Positions 26,645 through 38,849 of a stretch of DNA of 64,000 nucleotides are shown here, one piece after another. Every line of letters begins with the position of its first letter. Within the stretch, counting starts at the first letter, position 1. The notes under the pieces were generated by a model. The model was not told the origin of the DNA, did no database searches, and worked only from the letters and a program-made list of their open reading frames with translations. The position numbers were made by a program, and so were the translations under genes. Source of the stretch: Macrostomum lignano (taxonomy: Eukaryota); the NCBI GenBank assembly GCA_002269645.1, contig NIVC01000974.1, forward strand, positions 62,001 through 126,000. Direction: 5' to 3'.

Positions 26645-28981
26645 GTATTATTTATATTATATAACAAATAATATAACCAAATGATATAGGCTGCAAAAAT
26701 GGCAATTTTTTACTTTACTGTGTTTAATTACTTTTGTATATCGTGGCTTTTTCATTGATCCACATAAACACTGAGGGGTCATGGGCCTATGTCAAGGCAA
26801 AGTTCTGGGCAAGGCAACTTCCTGTACTGGGTGGCTCATTATTACTGACTAATTGACTTACCTGACACTTAAAGACACCCACCTTTTATCCTCTTACCAT
26901 CTTTATGTTCTGAAATAAAAAAACAGTTAAATTAATTAAATGTACTAAAGTAAAAGATTGCCAAAAGATTGATTGTACAAATTTTACCATGGCCCTATTA
27001 TTAGCAACTATTATTGGCAAGGTTCCTAACTTCCTACCTAGATAGTTTTAGGCCTAGGACTTGCCATTTGTAATAATGACTTCATTTTTATTGGAAAGAT
27101 AACAAATAAGCCAGACACTTTGGTCTTAGACATTTCAATGCCAGACATTTTGGTGCTAGGCCTTTAAAAGTGTTTTAACTGATCTATTATAATTTTTAGA
27201 TGAGTTAGATATATGTACTGAGATATCCTGTAATTAACCAAATATTATATTTATTAGAATAGAATCTTTGAATTAGCAAATAGCAACTTAAAATTATAGA
27301 AACTACTTTTTTCTTTATTAATTAATTTAAATACAAAGACCAAGGACAAGGGTAAATATAGTCGTCCTTGTTTGAATATCCAAATTCAATATATATGCTT
27401 TGTTTAATTTTCTTTGCCTTCAAATGTATCACAAAATTAATGCGCAAGTTTAAATAAATTATAATACAGTTTAACTAGACAATTTAACAATATGCCAGGT
27501 TGCAGATGCCCAATTGCAACTTAGTTCCTCTCTATTGTGACTTAGTTCCCCTGATTGCCCAGACTCCGGATGGTATACATGTATGCTAGAATTTTCTGGC
27601 ATAAAAAGGGATCTAGATTACACCATTGGCATACAACTTGGCATACAAAGGAGCCTGGCATACCCTCTTGGTGTATAGCTTGGCATATAGAGATTGCCAA
27701 GACTAGCAGATGGGACCAAAAGTTCCGAGTCCCAACAATCAATCTACATGTACATAATTAGCATACAAAAATGATTAAGTTTGCATTTGGCGTAGTCTCA
27801 ATGTACATAGTTACAATAGCTAAATTTTGTTTAGAAAGAATAGCCAGCGCGCCTTTACAAAAAAAACAGAAAACCAAATAAAAAACTGGAAAGTAAATTA
27901 AGTATTAAGTTAAAAATAACTTTTCTAGGAAAGTAAAAGTAAAACAAAAATAGGTAAAATAAACTAGTTCTCTACAGTTTAGTAAAAAGATTTTCAGTTT
28001 TAGCACATAAGTTGTTTAATTATTAAAATTTTGCAAGCTTTTAATATTAATTGTAATTTTTTTTGGCATATTTTTGTATGCGATAAAAAGTTCGTTGGCG
28101 TACATTGGCATGCATGAGCTACGAAAGCAATTTTCGTTGTAGCATACAGCGGTACATGATCCTGACCCTGGCTGATTGAAACTTAATTTTCATTTTATAC
28201 ATGACTTTTCTTTTCTTACCTTTTTTTCTCTTTTCTTCTCTTTCTCTTTCTCTTTCCCCTCTCTCTCTCTCCTCTCCCTCCTTTTCTTTTCCTTTTGTCT
28301 TTTTCTCCTTTCTTTCTTCTCCCAATTTTTCATTTTTTACATTTTTGATTTTGCAATTCACTTTGGCCAGCAGCCATTTCACCCATCTAGTTGGGATGGA
28401 TCGGATGTGTGTTGTGCATGTATGAAAATCAAGCAAAATTTTCAACTATACTTTATAACTAACATAAAAAACTGACTTGTTGAATTCTGATTGTATCTTT
28501 CTATTATCTCTATTTATAACATATAAATTGCATAACATGCTTTTTAGTGATCATTAGTTGACTGGCTGAATTGTGACTTCAACTTTAATTGTCACTATAA
28601 AACAGAATATTTGGTACATACATTATGATTATTTTTAAATACTCTTTCTTTTACTATTTAAAAGCCCTTCATTAAAATTAAAATTAATCCTTTAAACCTT
28701 TCATATAATGAAAAAAAATGAAGTAGAAATGTACTTTCTATTGGATGATTAATTTTTATATCAATTATTTATTGAAGCAGAGATTTGTGTTAAATGATGA
28801 CCATGATAATGCTATATTATAAATTTATTTCATAATTTATTATAGATTTTACAATTAATAACATACTTTAAATTAAGCTGGAATGAAAGCTAGAAAGTTT
28901 TGACACTTGCTCTTTTTAATTTGCTGATAGTCCAATGCCCAAGTACTTATGCTATAATCTTATGTAAAAAAGTATTTGACA

Positions 28982-31900
28982 ATGCAATCGGCACCAGATG
29001 ATGAAGAATTGGACAGTCTCAGCATCAGGCTGGTTGGTCTGGATGAAAACTACCCAGTCCGTTTGAACTGGAATGACCTTGGGGTCCAATTCAGCAAGCA
29101 ATCTATAGTTGTACCTGGCGATCGATTAACTAGGTAAATATAACTTTATTCAGTTTTGAGCATGGATTATAATAATGACTAGATCGGCCACTTTGATATA
29201 TTTGATTGGTTCCACAGCTTCTCTACTTTCAGTTCAGTGGCAATAAAAGATGTGTAAGCTACAAGTGCTGTTTGTTGGGTTAGCGATCGTTTGCGTATAA
29301 CTTTTCACTGCTTAAAGAGCAAAATTCAATGCTTCAATTGAGTGTTGAGTAGCTTCTCAAGGTCATTCGGTTGCTTATGGCTCATAAGTGACGAGGTCCA
29401 AGAAAGTGAATAGCGATTTCAACCTGACTAGCTAGCGAGAAGGCATGGATGGAGCTGTCCAATTCGCTGACTGAAGGTGGGTGAAAGTTATCGGCCTCAA
29501 GCGCGAGTACATCGAAGCAGCGTTGATCGCTATCCCAACGAACAGCCCAGTTGTATTTTATAAAGAGAAAGGCAGTTGGTGTGACTTGCCACTGGTGCAG
29601 GAGTAATGTACATTAGCCAGCGGCAATAAAAGTGGCTAGCTAGAACACCAAAAAAGACAATAAAAGTTGTGCGCTGTGAGCAGCTGGCAGAGATCTGATG
29701 CGGAAATGTGCAGTTGCAGGGGTTCAACTTGAGGCATAGGGGGGTCCTGTTCTTAAATGCATCAAAATTCTGAACCAAAAAAGCTTACACGCTTATGTGC
29801 TGAGTGGCGCATCCTAGCTGTTGACTGTTTATCAATACGAGACAGGCCTGTCATCTCTTGCACTCAAATCAACTGTCCTTATCTGTGCAGATCGCGCGAG
29901 TTCATACCTGGCCACGGCACCCTGCGCCGTACAGTTGAAGCCGGCAGCGGCAACGCCTCCTTTGCTGCCGGTCGTCGACAGAAACAAAATGACGACAACG
30001 CCGAGGACAATGATGAAGATGATGAGGATGAGGACGAGGAGGGAGCTTGGGAGCTGGCCGCCTCAGTTGCCGGGCGTCAGCACGTTGTGAACAAGCTGCT
30101 CTGCGTCCTGCCTGGCCGGTCGCGCTACGCCGGCGAAATTGGCGACGTTGTTGTCGGCCGAGTTCAGGAGGTGGCTTCTCGAAGGTGGCGAATCGATGCC
30201 AATGCCAGGTTCGAATACAGCTGGGTTGCGCCTGACTTGCGATCTAATAGATCATAGTTTTCTGGGTGCACTAGCTAGAGGATGCAGCAAGTGACAGATC
30301 CCAGCAGTAACTGGAGTGAGTGAGTGACAGATCCCAGCAGTAACTGGAGTGAGTGAGTGACATATCCCAGCAGTAGCTGTAGTGAGTGAGTGAGTGACGG
30401 ATCCCAGCACTAGCTAGCGTGAGTGACATATCCCAGCAGTAGCTGTAGTGAGTGAGTGAGTGACAGATCCCAGCACTAGCTAGCGTGAGTGACATATCCC
30501 AGCAGTAGCTGTAGTGAGTGAGTGACAGATCCCAGCAGTAACTGGAGTGAGTGAGTGACATATCCCAGCAGTAGCTGTAGTGAGTGAGTGAGTGACGGAT
30601 CCCAGCACTAGCTAGCGTGAGTGACATATCCCAGCAGTAGCTGTAGTGAGTGAGTGAGTGACAGATCCCAGCACTAGCTAGCGTGAGTGACATATCCCAG
30701 CAGTAGCTGTAGTGAGTGAGTGACAGATCCCAGCAGTAACTAGAGTGAGTGAGTGACATATCCCAGCAGTAGCTGTAGTGAGTGAGTGGGTGACGGATCC
30801 CAGCACTAGCTAGCGTGAGTGACATATCCCAGCAGTAGCTGTAGTGAGTGAGTGAGTGACAGATCCCAGCAGTAACTAGAGTGAGTGAGTGACAGATCCC
30901 AGCAGTAGCTGCAGTGAGTGAGTGACAGATCCCAGCAGTAGCTGCAGTGAGTGAGTGACAGATCCCAGCAGTAGCTGGAGTGAATGAGTGACAGATCCCA
31001 GCAGTAGCTGGAGTGAGTGAGTGATAGATCCCAGCAGTAGCTGGAGTGAGTGAGTGACAGATCCAGAAGTAGCTGGAGTGAGTGAGTGACAGATCCTAGC
31101 AGTAGCTGCAGTGAGTGACAGATCCCAGCAGTAGCTGCAGTGAGTGAGTGACAGATACCAGCAGTAGCTGCAGTGAGTGAGTGACAGATCCCAGCAGAAG
31201 CTGGAGTGAGTGAGTGACAGATCCCAGCAGTAGCTGCAGTGAGTGAGTGACAGATCCCAGCAGTAGCTGCAGTGAGTGAGTGACAGGTCCCAGCAGTAGC
31301 TGCAGTGAGTGAGTGACAAATCCCAGCAGTAGCTGGAGTGAGTGAGTGACAGATCCAGAAGTAGCTGGAGTGAGTGAGTGACAGGTCCCAGCAGTAGCTG
31401 CAGTGAGTGAGTGACAGATCCCAGCAGTAGCTACAGTGAGTGAGTGACAAATCCCAGCAGTAGCTGGAGTGAGTGAGTGACAAATCCCAGCAGTAGCTGG
31501 AGTGAGTGAGTGACAAATCCCAGCAGTAGCTAGGTGACTAACCAGACCCGAGTTCCTAATGCCCTGTAGTCCATCCTGTCCAGGCTGCAGGCGACTCTGC
31601 ACCTGAGCGGCGTCCTTCTACCCGGCGAAGATTTGCGCCGCAAATCGGAGGAGGACGAGCGAGCGATGCGCGCCGTACTGGCCGAAGGCGATCTAGTCAG
31701 CGCCGAGGTTCAATCCGTGCAGGCCGACGGCTCGCTGGTGCTGCACACGCGGAATGCGCGCTACGGCCGCCTCGGCCAGGGCACGCTGGTCCGGGTGCCG
31801 CCGGCGCTCATCAAGCGGAGCAAGACGCATTTCCACTCCCTGCCCTGCGGAGTCACCCTGGTGTTGGGCATGAACGGCTACTGTTGGTGCGGCCCAACGC

Positions 31901-32217
31901 CCGGACAGTCAGACGTCCGGGAGCCGCTGGCCAGTCCGGCTGACCGGTCGGAAGTGGCCCGGGTTCGAGCCTGCGTTCGCTTATTAGCCGTCAATCACGT
32001 GCCGCTATACGACACCAGCGTGATGCAGGCGTACGAGGTCGCACGCGAGTCGCCTGTGGCGCTGCTGTCCCGGCCAGACGAGCAGCTTCGGGTGGCCCGA
32101 CTTGTCGCCGAACAGCTGCTGACCGCCGAGGTTGGCGAGGCTCAGCCAGGCGGCGGCGGATTCGGATTGCACAGCGGTGACCTGATCAGTGGCGGCGCAT
32201 TGTCTGCTGTGCATTAG
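28982..32217 (+). CDS. EXOSC2: Exosome complex component RRP4, 3 coding exons, about 367 aa, with an acidic insertion
   Basis: Exons 28982-29133, 29891-30208 and 31584-32217 are phase-consistent. Motifs IVVPGD, GHGT, ASVAG..VNKL, RYAGEIGDVVVGRV, LRRKSEEDERAMR, EGDLVSAEVQ, YGRLGQG, KTHFHSLPCG, LYDTS. Confidence 0.95.
30285..31535. repeat. Tandem array, about 33 bp with higher-order blocks, RRP4 intron 2
   Basis: GTGACAGATCCCAGCAGTAGCTGCAGTGAGTGA variants. Confidence 0.95.
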
Positions 32218-32763
32218 GAGAGACAAAGCAGTTGGCTGTAGGAATATCTGAGGCTGCGACCACACCCAGATACCATAGTAACTAGGATGGGCCCACAGAT
32301 CTGTGTCGGCAGTTCGGTAGAAATTCTCTGTGTTCCAGTCGCGATCTGTAAGCATCATGCCCTTGATGCGGTCACGATTTTTAAAAAATGGACTTTGTTG
32401 GACTACTGTTAGTAGCCGGTGTAGGTCCGTTTGCAAAATGTAATTGGCCCGACATTCTAATTGCATTTTTACTAGTTTTTACGTATTTATAAAGTTGGCT
32501 GCAGTTTGTCTTGAAGTCGCTGTTATTCTGTGTCTAATTAAATTGTGTCCATAATAACTTGAAGCTTTTATGTCGAATGATACTTAATTTTTTGACTACC
32601 TGTTTAGCTCATGTTGTTTGTTCATTTTTGTAAGCATAAAGCTTTGTTAGAAGCTCTGTCAGGGAATCCCCTGTGCACCGTGTATGCCGCCTTGACTTGG
32701 CCGCCAGTAAATCAATTAACTGTCTGTCTCCGCTGCATCAGACTGCATCTCAGCGGCGGTGAA

Positions 32764-35700
32764 ATGCCAGGCCCAGGGGCCAACGCAGGCCTCACAGAGC
32801 AGCCGGGCAAGCAGCCCCGCCAGCACCGCTGCAGTCTCTGCCAGTCACTGCCCAACTTTCCAAGCGCCGAGCGGTTCGCCCATCACCTGCGCTCAGCCCA
32901 CCTGACCATTGAGGGCGGCTCCTACCTGTGCCGCTACGGCCCGAACTCCGTCTGCCGCTACCAGCCAATGGAGGGCGTCAGCGAGCGGGACTACGAGCTG
33001 CACGTGTTGCGGCACCACGCCACAGGCGGCGCTACCACTAGCGGCGGCGGTGTGCCGGACTGCGTGCACACTTATCGCGAGGTGCGCGACGGCGTCACGC
33101 CCGGCGAGCGGTGGACCCCGCTGCACTCAGTGGTGAACCTGCCAGCCGTGCTGAACGATCCGCGCCGCCATCGCCAGGCCTCGGACGTGTTCAGCCGCAC
33201 CTGGGGCGACGCGTTTGAACGGGCGGAGGCGCCGCCGTCGTCGCTGCTGCCAGTCATTGGACGCCGGGATTTCGAGCGCTACCTGGCCAAGGTGGCCGGG
33301 CCAGCCAAAGTCCGAACTCGGCCGGACGAGACTCCGACTGCTGCATCGGCTGCGCCGTCGACTCCCTCTATGACAGCCAGGCTGGCGCAGGTCGAGAGCC
33401 TGTTCTTCCAGCCCGAGTTTGACATTCGGCAGAAGGAGGTCTTCTCGCAGGTCTGGGTCTCCGCATCGGGTCTGCTGGACTTACTTTACTAGCGATTCTG
33501 CGTGTCCTGTGGCGCTCCTGTTTCTCTCGCCTATCCACTTTTAACGATCCCTATCCTCTCTTACGATTCCTGTTCCCTTTCCAATAATCCCTGTTCCCAT
33601 CCCATGATCCTTGTTCCAATCCCATGATCCCTGTTCCTTTTCCCATGATCCTGTTTCCATCCCATGATCCCTGTTCGCATCCCCATGATCCCTGCTCCCA
33701 TCCCATGATCCTTGTTTCTTTTCCCATGATCCTGTTTCCATCCCATGATCCCTGTTCCCATCCCATGATCCCTGTTCCCATCCCATGATCCCTGTTCCCA
33801 TCCCATGATCCCTGTTCCCATCCCATGATCCCTGTCCCCATCCCATGATCCCTGTTCCCATCCCATGATCCCTGTTCCCATCCCATGATCCCTGTTCCCA
33901 TCCCCATGATCCCTGTTCCCATCCCATGATCCCTGTTCCCATCCCCACAAACACTCCCCGCAATTACTGCATTGATAAAGCAGTACTTGATGCTGTTATT
34001 CTCAGGTGCTGCCTTGGCAGGCACTGCAATCAGGAAGTAGCGGCGGCTGGCGGCAGCTGCAAGAGCACCTGACCCAGCAGTTGGACGTCGTAGAAGAAGC
34101 CATAGCTGGTCAGGTGTCGCGCAAGTCGCACGCCCTGTTCCAGACGGCCGCCAGCCAAGACGACATTCGAACCCGACTGGACGGCGCTGTGCAGTCGGTG
34201 CGGCAGTTTCGCCAACGCTTGGCTGGAGCAAGACAGGTGCGTGACATTGTTCCTTTAAAACAACAAAGAATCACAGTTTTCTTTACTAGCCTACTTGCAG
34301 TAGCTTGATTAGATTTATTTTCAATGCACAAACAGGCCAGCTCATCAAGCCAACTATTGGTGCTGCGCTGTTGGCGTCGCCGGCGCAATTGCGTTGCCGC
34401 TCTGGAACGGCTTGAACTGCTGCTTAGCGTGCGGGCTACTCAGCCTACCATACAGCAGCTGCTGGCGGCCACTGACTACTGCGGCGCCCTGGACCTCATG
34501 AACAGCGCCCAGGAGGCGCTTGGCCAACAGTTGCGCGGCCTTCACTGCTGCCGGCATTTGCACTCGCAGCTGGTTGAGCTGCGCAAATTTGTTGGCCAAA
34601 TGGTCGAGTCCGAGCTGGTCTCCGCTCTGGCTAAACAGTTGAAAACTGGCCAGGGCGCCGAGGCGCTCGGGCCCTGCGCGCTTGGCATGCTGCGCTACGG
34701 GCGCAGTCTGCACGATTGCGCCGCTGTGCTCAAGCGGGAGGCTTTTGAGCACCTGCGCCTACTGGTGCGCGGCTGTGTGCAGTCGGCTGTGCAGCAGCCG
34801 GCTGGCAGCGGCTCCACTAGCAGCGGAGGCGAGGAGCTCACACTGATGGATCAGATGCGGCAGCTGGACTTTGACCCCTGGCTAAGCATGCTAGAGTCCG
34901 TGTGCACCAGCTTGCACTCTGCGCTGCTTCACTTTGCCCAGGCTGTGACAGCTGTGCGCACTATACTCGGACCGCTGTGCTCCATGCTCGAGGCTGAGCA
35001 GATGCTTGTGGATGTGAGGCAGAATGCACAGGTTAGTTAGTGCGCAAGTACAGCGAAATAAAATCTTGAGTAGGAGAGCCGTATAACTTCGTTTCTTAGA
35101 AAATATCTGAAGTAGAGGTCAAACGATGCACGAGATTTGTCTAGATCTTGTCGAGATCTGCACTCAAACTGGATCTTGTCGAGATCTGCACTCAAACTGG
35201 ATATTTGTCTAGATCTTGTCGAGATTTCCACTCGAACTGGATATTTGTCTAGATCTTGTCGAGATCTGCACTCAAACTGGATATTTGTCTAGATCTTGTC
35301 GAGATCTCCACTCGAACTGGATATTTGTCTAGATCTTGTGCAGATCTCCACTCAAACTGGATATTTGTCTAGATCTTGTCGAGCTCTCCACTCGAACTGG
35401 ATATTTGTCTAGATCTTGTCGAGATCTGCACTTGAACTGGATACTTGTCTAGATCTTGTCGAGATCTCCACTCGAACTGGATATTTGTCTAGATCTTGTC
35501 GAGATCTGCACTCGAACTGGATATTTGTCTAGATCTTGTCGAGATCTGCACTCGAACTGGATATTTGTCTAGATCTTGTCGAGATCTGCACTCGAACTGG
35601 ATATTTGTCTAGATCTTGTCGAGATCTCCACTCGAAATGGATATTTGTCTAGATCTTGTCGAGATCTGCACTCGAACTGGATATTTGTCTAGATCTTGTC

Positions 35701-38700
35701 GAGATCTGCACTCGAACTGGATATTTGTCTAGATCTTGTGTAGATCTCCATGCCTCAAAATGATTTTTTTAAGAAACGTACATTCTGGTGTGGGGTGTCC
35801 ACACCAGGGGTCGACAGACGTTTTTTTACCTCAAGGGCCGTATAAAGAATTTAGATCATTGCTGCGGGCCATATGAGAGAGGAAGAGAAAATAGAGGAGA
35901 CAGAACAGGAAAGAGATGAGAAAAGAGAGGAGAGAGATTATAAGAAAAGAGAAAATAGAGAACTGAGAAGCACAGATACTAGAATAACTAGATAAGCCAC
36001 TCAGGCACATATACTTAGTAAAACAGCTTTCTACTCTCAGTTCAGTAGCAAAGAAGAATACATAAGCTATTTTATAGAAATCAAGGCAGCTGAAATGGCT
36101 GATAAGTTTAGAAGCCGAAGCTTGCAGGCGTAAACAGCTTGCTAATTGGTTCAGCAATAATGTACATTGGCCAGTCCACTGAAATGTACATGGCAGCTTT
36201 AGGCTGGTTTAAGCGAGGGGGGGTAAGAGCCAATAAATGAGCCTTGGTTTTAAAAATACATTTAAATGCTTCATTTTAACTTACTACTGAGCTGAAAGTA
36301 GTTTGCACGCAAATGTGCTGAGTGGCCCATCCAGTTATTATAGCGGGCCGGATTGCTGTTATAAAGTTGTAATGGACCCGAGGGCCGGGCGGTATAAAGA
36401 GGCTTTGCGGACCGGAGTTTGCTGACCCCTGCTACACCGAGTACTTACTACTGTAAGTAGTTCTGACTCCTGGTTGGCTGCGGTTTATTGTGGGTGAGCC
36501 TGATGCCTAAATCACCCGACGCCTCAATTTGCCAGGAGAAAGCGGTGAAACTTCTGGCCGCCCGTTCCAAAGACGCCTTCCTTGAGCGCCTGAGCCCGGC
36601 CGAGTTTGTCCGCCTGTCCGCGCTTGTTGGCGCCTTCGCCGACCAACTTGACGGCATCAGCCTGCGCTCTGTTGTTGACAACGACGCTAGCAACGGCGGC
36701 GAAATCGAGAACGGCAGCGTTGTCGATGAACCGACTACCAACGGCGGAGAGGCCAAGCCAGCTACGGCGGCCGCGGCTGCGGCGGCTGCAGCCACGAAAA
36801 CGGCTGGACAGTCAGGCAGCGCTTTGCTGCGCAGCGCATTGCACAATCAGGTTAGTCGCTTAAGTTCCATGACTAAACAATTGGGGAGGCAAAGAGCCTC
36901 GGGTATCTTGAAAGTAATCTTGAAGTCCACAAGGATCGGGAAAGTTCAGGAAGTCGAGGAGTTGGCGATAGAGCAGTTCAGGTAATCAGTGAGTTCAGGG
37001 GATCAGTGAGTTCAGGGGATCAGTGAGTTCAGGGGATCAGTGAGTTCAGGGGATCAGTGAGTTCAGGGGATCAGTGAGTTTAGGGGATCAGTGAGCTCAG
37101 GGGATCAATGAGCTTAGGGGATCAGTGAGTTCAGGGGATCAGTGAGCTCAGGGGATCTGTGAGCTCAGGGGATCAATGAGCTCAGGGGATCAGTGATTTC
37201 AGGGGATCATTGAGTTCAGGGGATCAATGAGCTCAGGGGATCAGTGAGCTCAGGGGATCAGTGAGCTCAGGGGATCAGTGAGCTCAGGGGATCTGTGAGC
37301 TCAGGGATCAGTGAGCTCAGGGGATCTGTGAGCTCAGGGGATCTGTGAGCTCAGGGGATCTGTGAGTTCAAGGGATCTGTGAGTTCAAGGCATTGAAAAG
37401 TTCTGTGCCTCCCCGCAGGCTCTCCGCCTCGTCGGCAGGTTCCACGCGGAGCGCAAGACCAGCCTCAGCCTGCTGCTAGACAACGAGCGCTGGAAGCCGG
37501 CAGACGTGCCAGCAGAATTCCAGCTGCTCGCGAGTGCCATCGGCGAGGGCCGTCTCGACGCCCTGGCATCGTCGTCTGGGTCAGCGACCTACGCATCGGC
37601 GCAGTCGCCATCGGCGGCCAGCAGCATTGAACTGTGCGGCGAGCACTTCCGCGTGTCCAGCGCCACCCTCATGCTAGTGAGATTCGCTATTGAATACTGT
37701 CGGCTAGCCACTGACCTGCGGCACTGTGCCGCCAGGGAAGTGTTCGGCCACCTTGTTGAGCTGTTGAAGCACTTCAATTCGCGCTGCTGCCAGCTCGTAC
37801 TCGGCGCCGGGGCCATCCAGCTGGTCGGACTGAAGACCATCACTACTAAGAATTTGTGCCTGGCTCAGCGCAGCCTGCAGCTGGTCCTGGCCATCCTGCC
37901 GCACGTCACAAATCACTTTGTCAGTAGGCTGGGCCTGCCAGCCGTCTGCCAGCGGGCGCTGCTGGACACGGCCAAGGACTACGGCGACCATTCGGCCGAG
38001 ATCAGTCGCAAACTGGTTGAACTGATGGACAGCAAGGCCAAACAGCAGCTGGCTGTCTGGCAGTTCAGGCCGCCGTCGCCGTCTGTTCACATCCGGTCTG
38101 TGGTGCAGGCGCACTGCAAGCTGCACGAGAACATGGCCGAGCTCTTGCCCAGACAGCAGGTGACTATGTATTGAGTATGCACTTTCACACGGACTCAATA
38201 GTCCACACTTGCTGCTCTGTCCTGCTCTTTGATTGGCTCGCCTCCTACATCCCTAGTGCTCTCTCTCTCTCTCACCATTTAGGTTCACATTTTATTTGCG
38301 ATATATTCAATTTAGACTACTGAGAAAAGTAGACGAATAAAAATTTGAATCTTAAAATCTATCAAATAGCCTGAAAAATGTCACCATAAAACATATGACA
38401 GCATATAAGAAAAATGTCTGTGCACATGAGGGCCAACCCCTTAGGCACAGAGAGTGTACATGTCTGATAATTAGACAGTCAGGGCCGCTGTACACCCTGT
38501 GTGAGCGTGTGTGCGTATCCAGAGGGTAAGGCATTGAGTGGGCATGACTGCATGTGCCCTGATTATTTTAAGTCTTCAAACTCTAACCCACTCCGCTGAC
38601 TGACCAATCCAGGTAACGGAGATATTCCTGCGGCTGCACAACTCATTTAAAGAAGATTTCCGGCGTAAACTACGCGAATGCGGCGTCACCAATGACAGAT

Positions 38701-38810
38701 CGCCGCAGCATCTGCACGCCAGCACCGATATGGCATTCTATTTAGACAGCCTGCGGGCTCTGCGCGGACTCGAGAATTTCAACGACGACTTTTCCGACCT
38801 TTGGAAATAA
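32764..38810 (+). CDS. VPS54: Vacuolar protein sorting 54 (GARP complex), 6 coding exons, about 955 aa, with an N-terminal Cys/His domain
   Basis: Exons 32764-33450, 34006-34236, 34336-35031, 36536-36850, 37419-38159 and 38613-38810, all phase 0. Motifs NLPAVLNDP, FSRTWGDAF, QEHLTQQLDVVEEAI, DYCGALDL, LLLDNERWKPADVP, LKHFNSRCCQLVLGAGA, LKTITTKNL. Confidence 0.95.
33560..33945. repeat. Tandem array, 20 bp, VPS54 intron 1
   Basis: CCATCCCATGATCCCTGTTC. Confidence 0.95.
35130..35750. repeat. Tandem array, 40 bp, VPS54 intron 3
   Basis: GAGATCTGCACTCGAACTGGATATTTGTCTAGATCTTGTC. Confidence 0.95.
35805..36431. mobile_element. hAT-like non-autonomous element in VPS54 intron 3
   Basis: Ends CAGGGGTCGAC / GCTGACCCCTG typical of hAT TIRs; no clean TSD. 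Confidence 0.6.
36975..37390. repeat. Tandem array, 17 bp, VPS54 intron 4
   Basis: GAGTTCAGGGGATCAGT. Confidence 0.95.
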
Positions 38811-38849
38811 GAGAGGCAATAGGGCTAGCTTCCTCTAATCAAGGGGCTG

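Noticed and set aside
35130-35750. CRISPR-like array of 30-40 bp repeats
   Set aside because: No unique spacers, no cas genes, and the context is a eukaryotic intron; the same holds for all arrays here.
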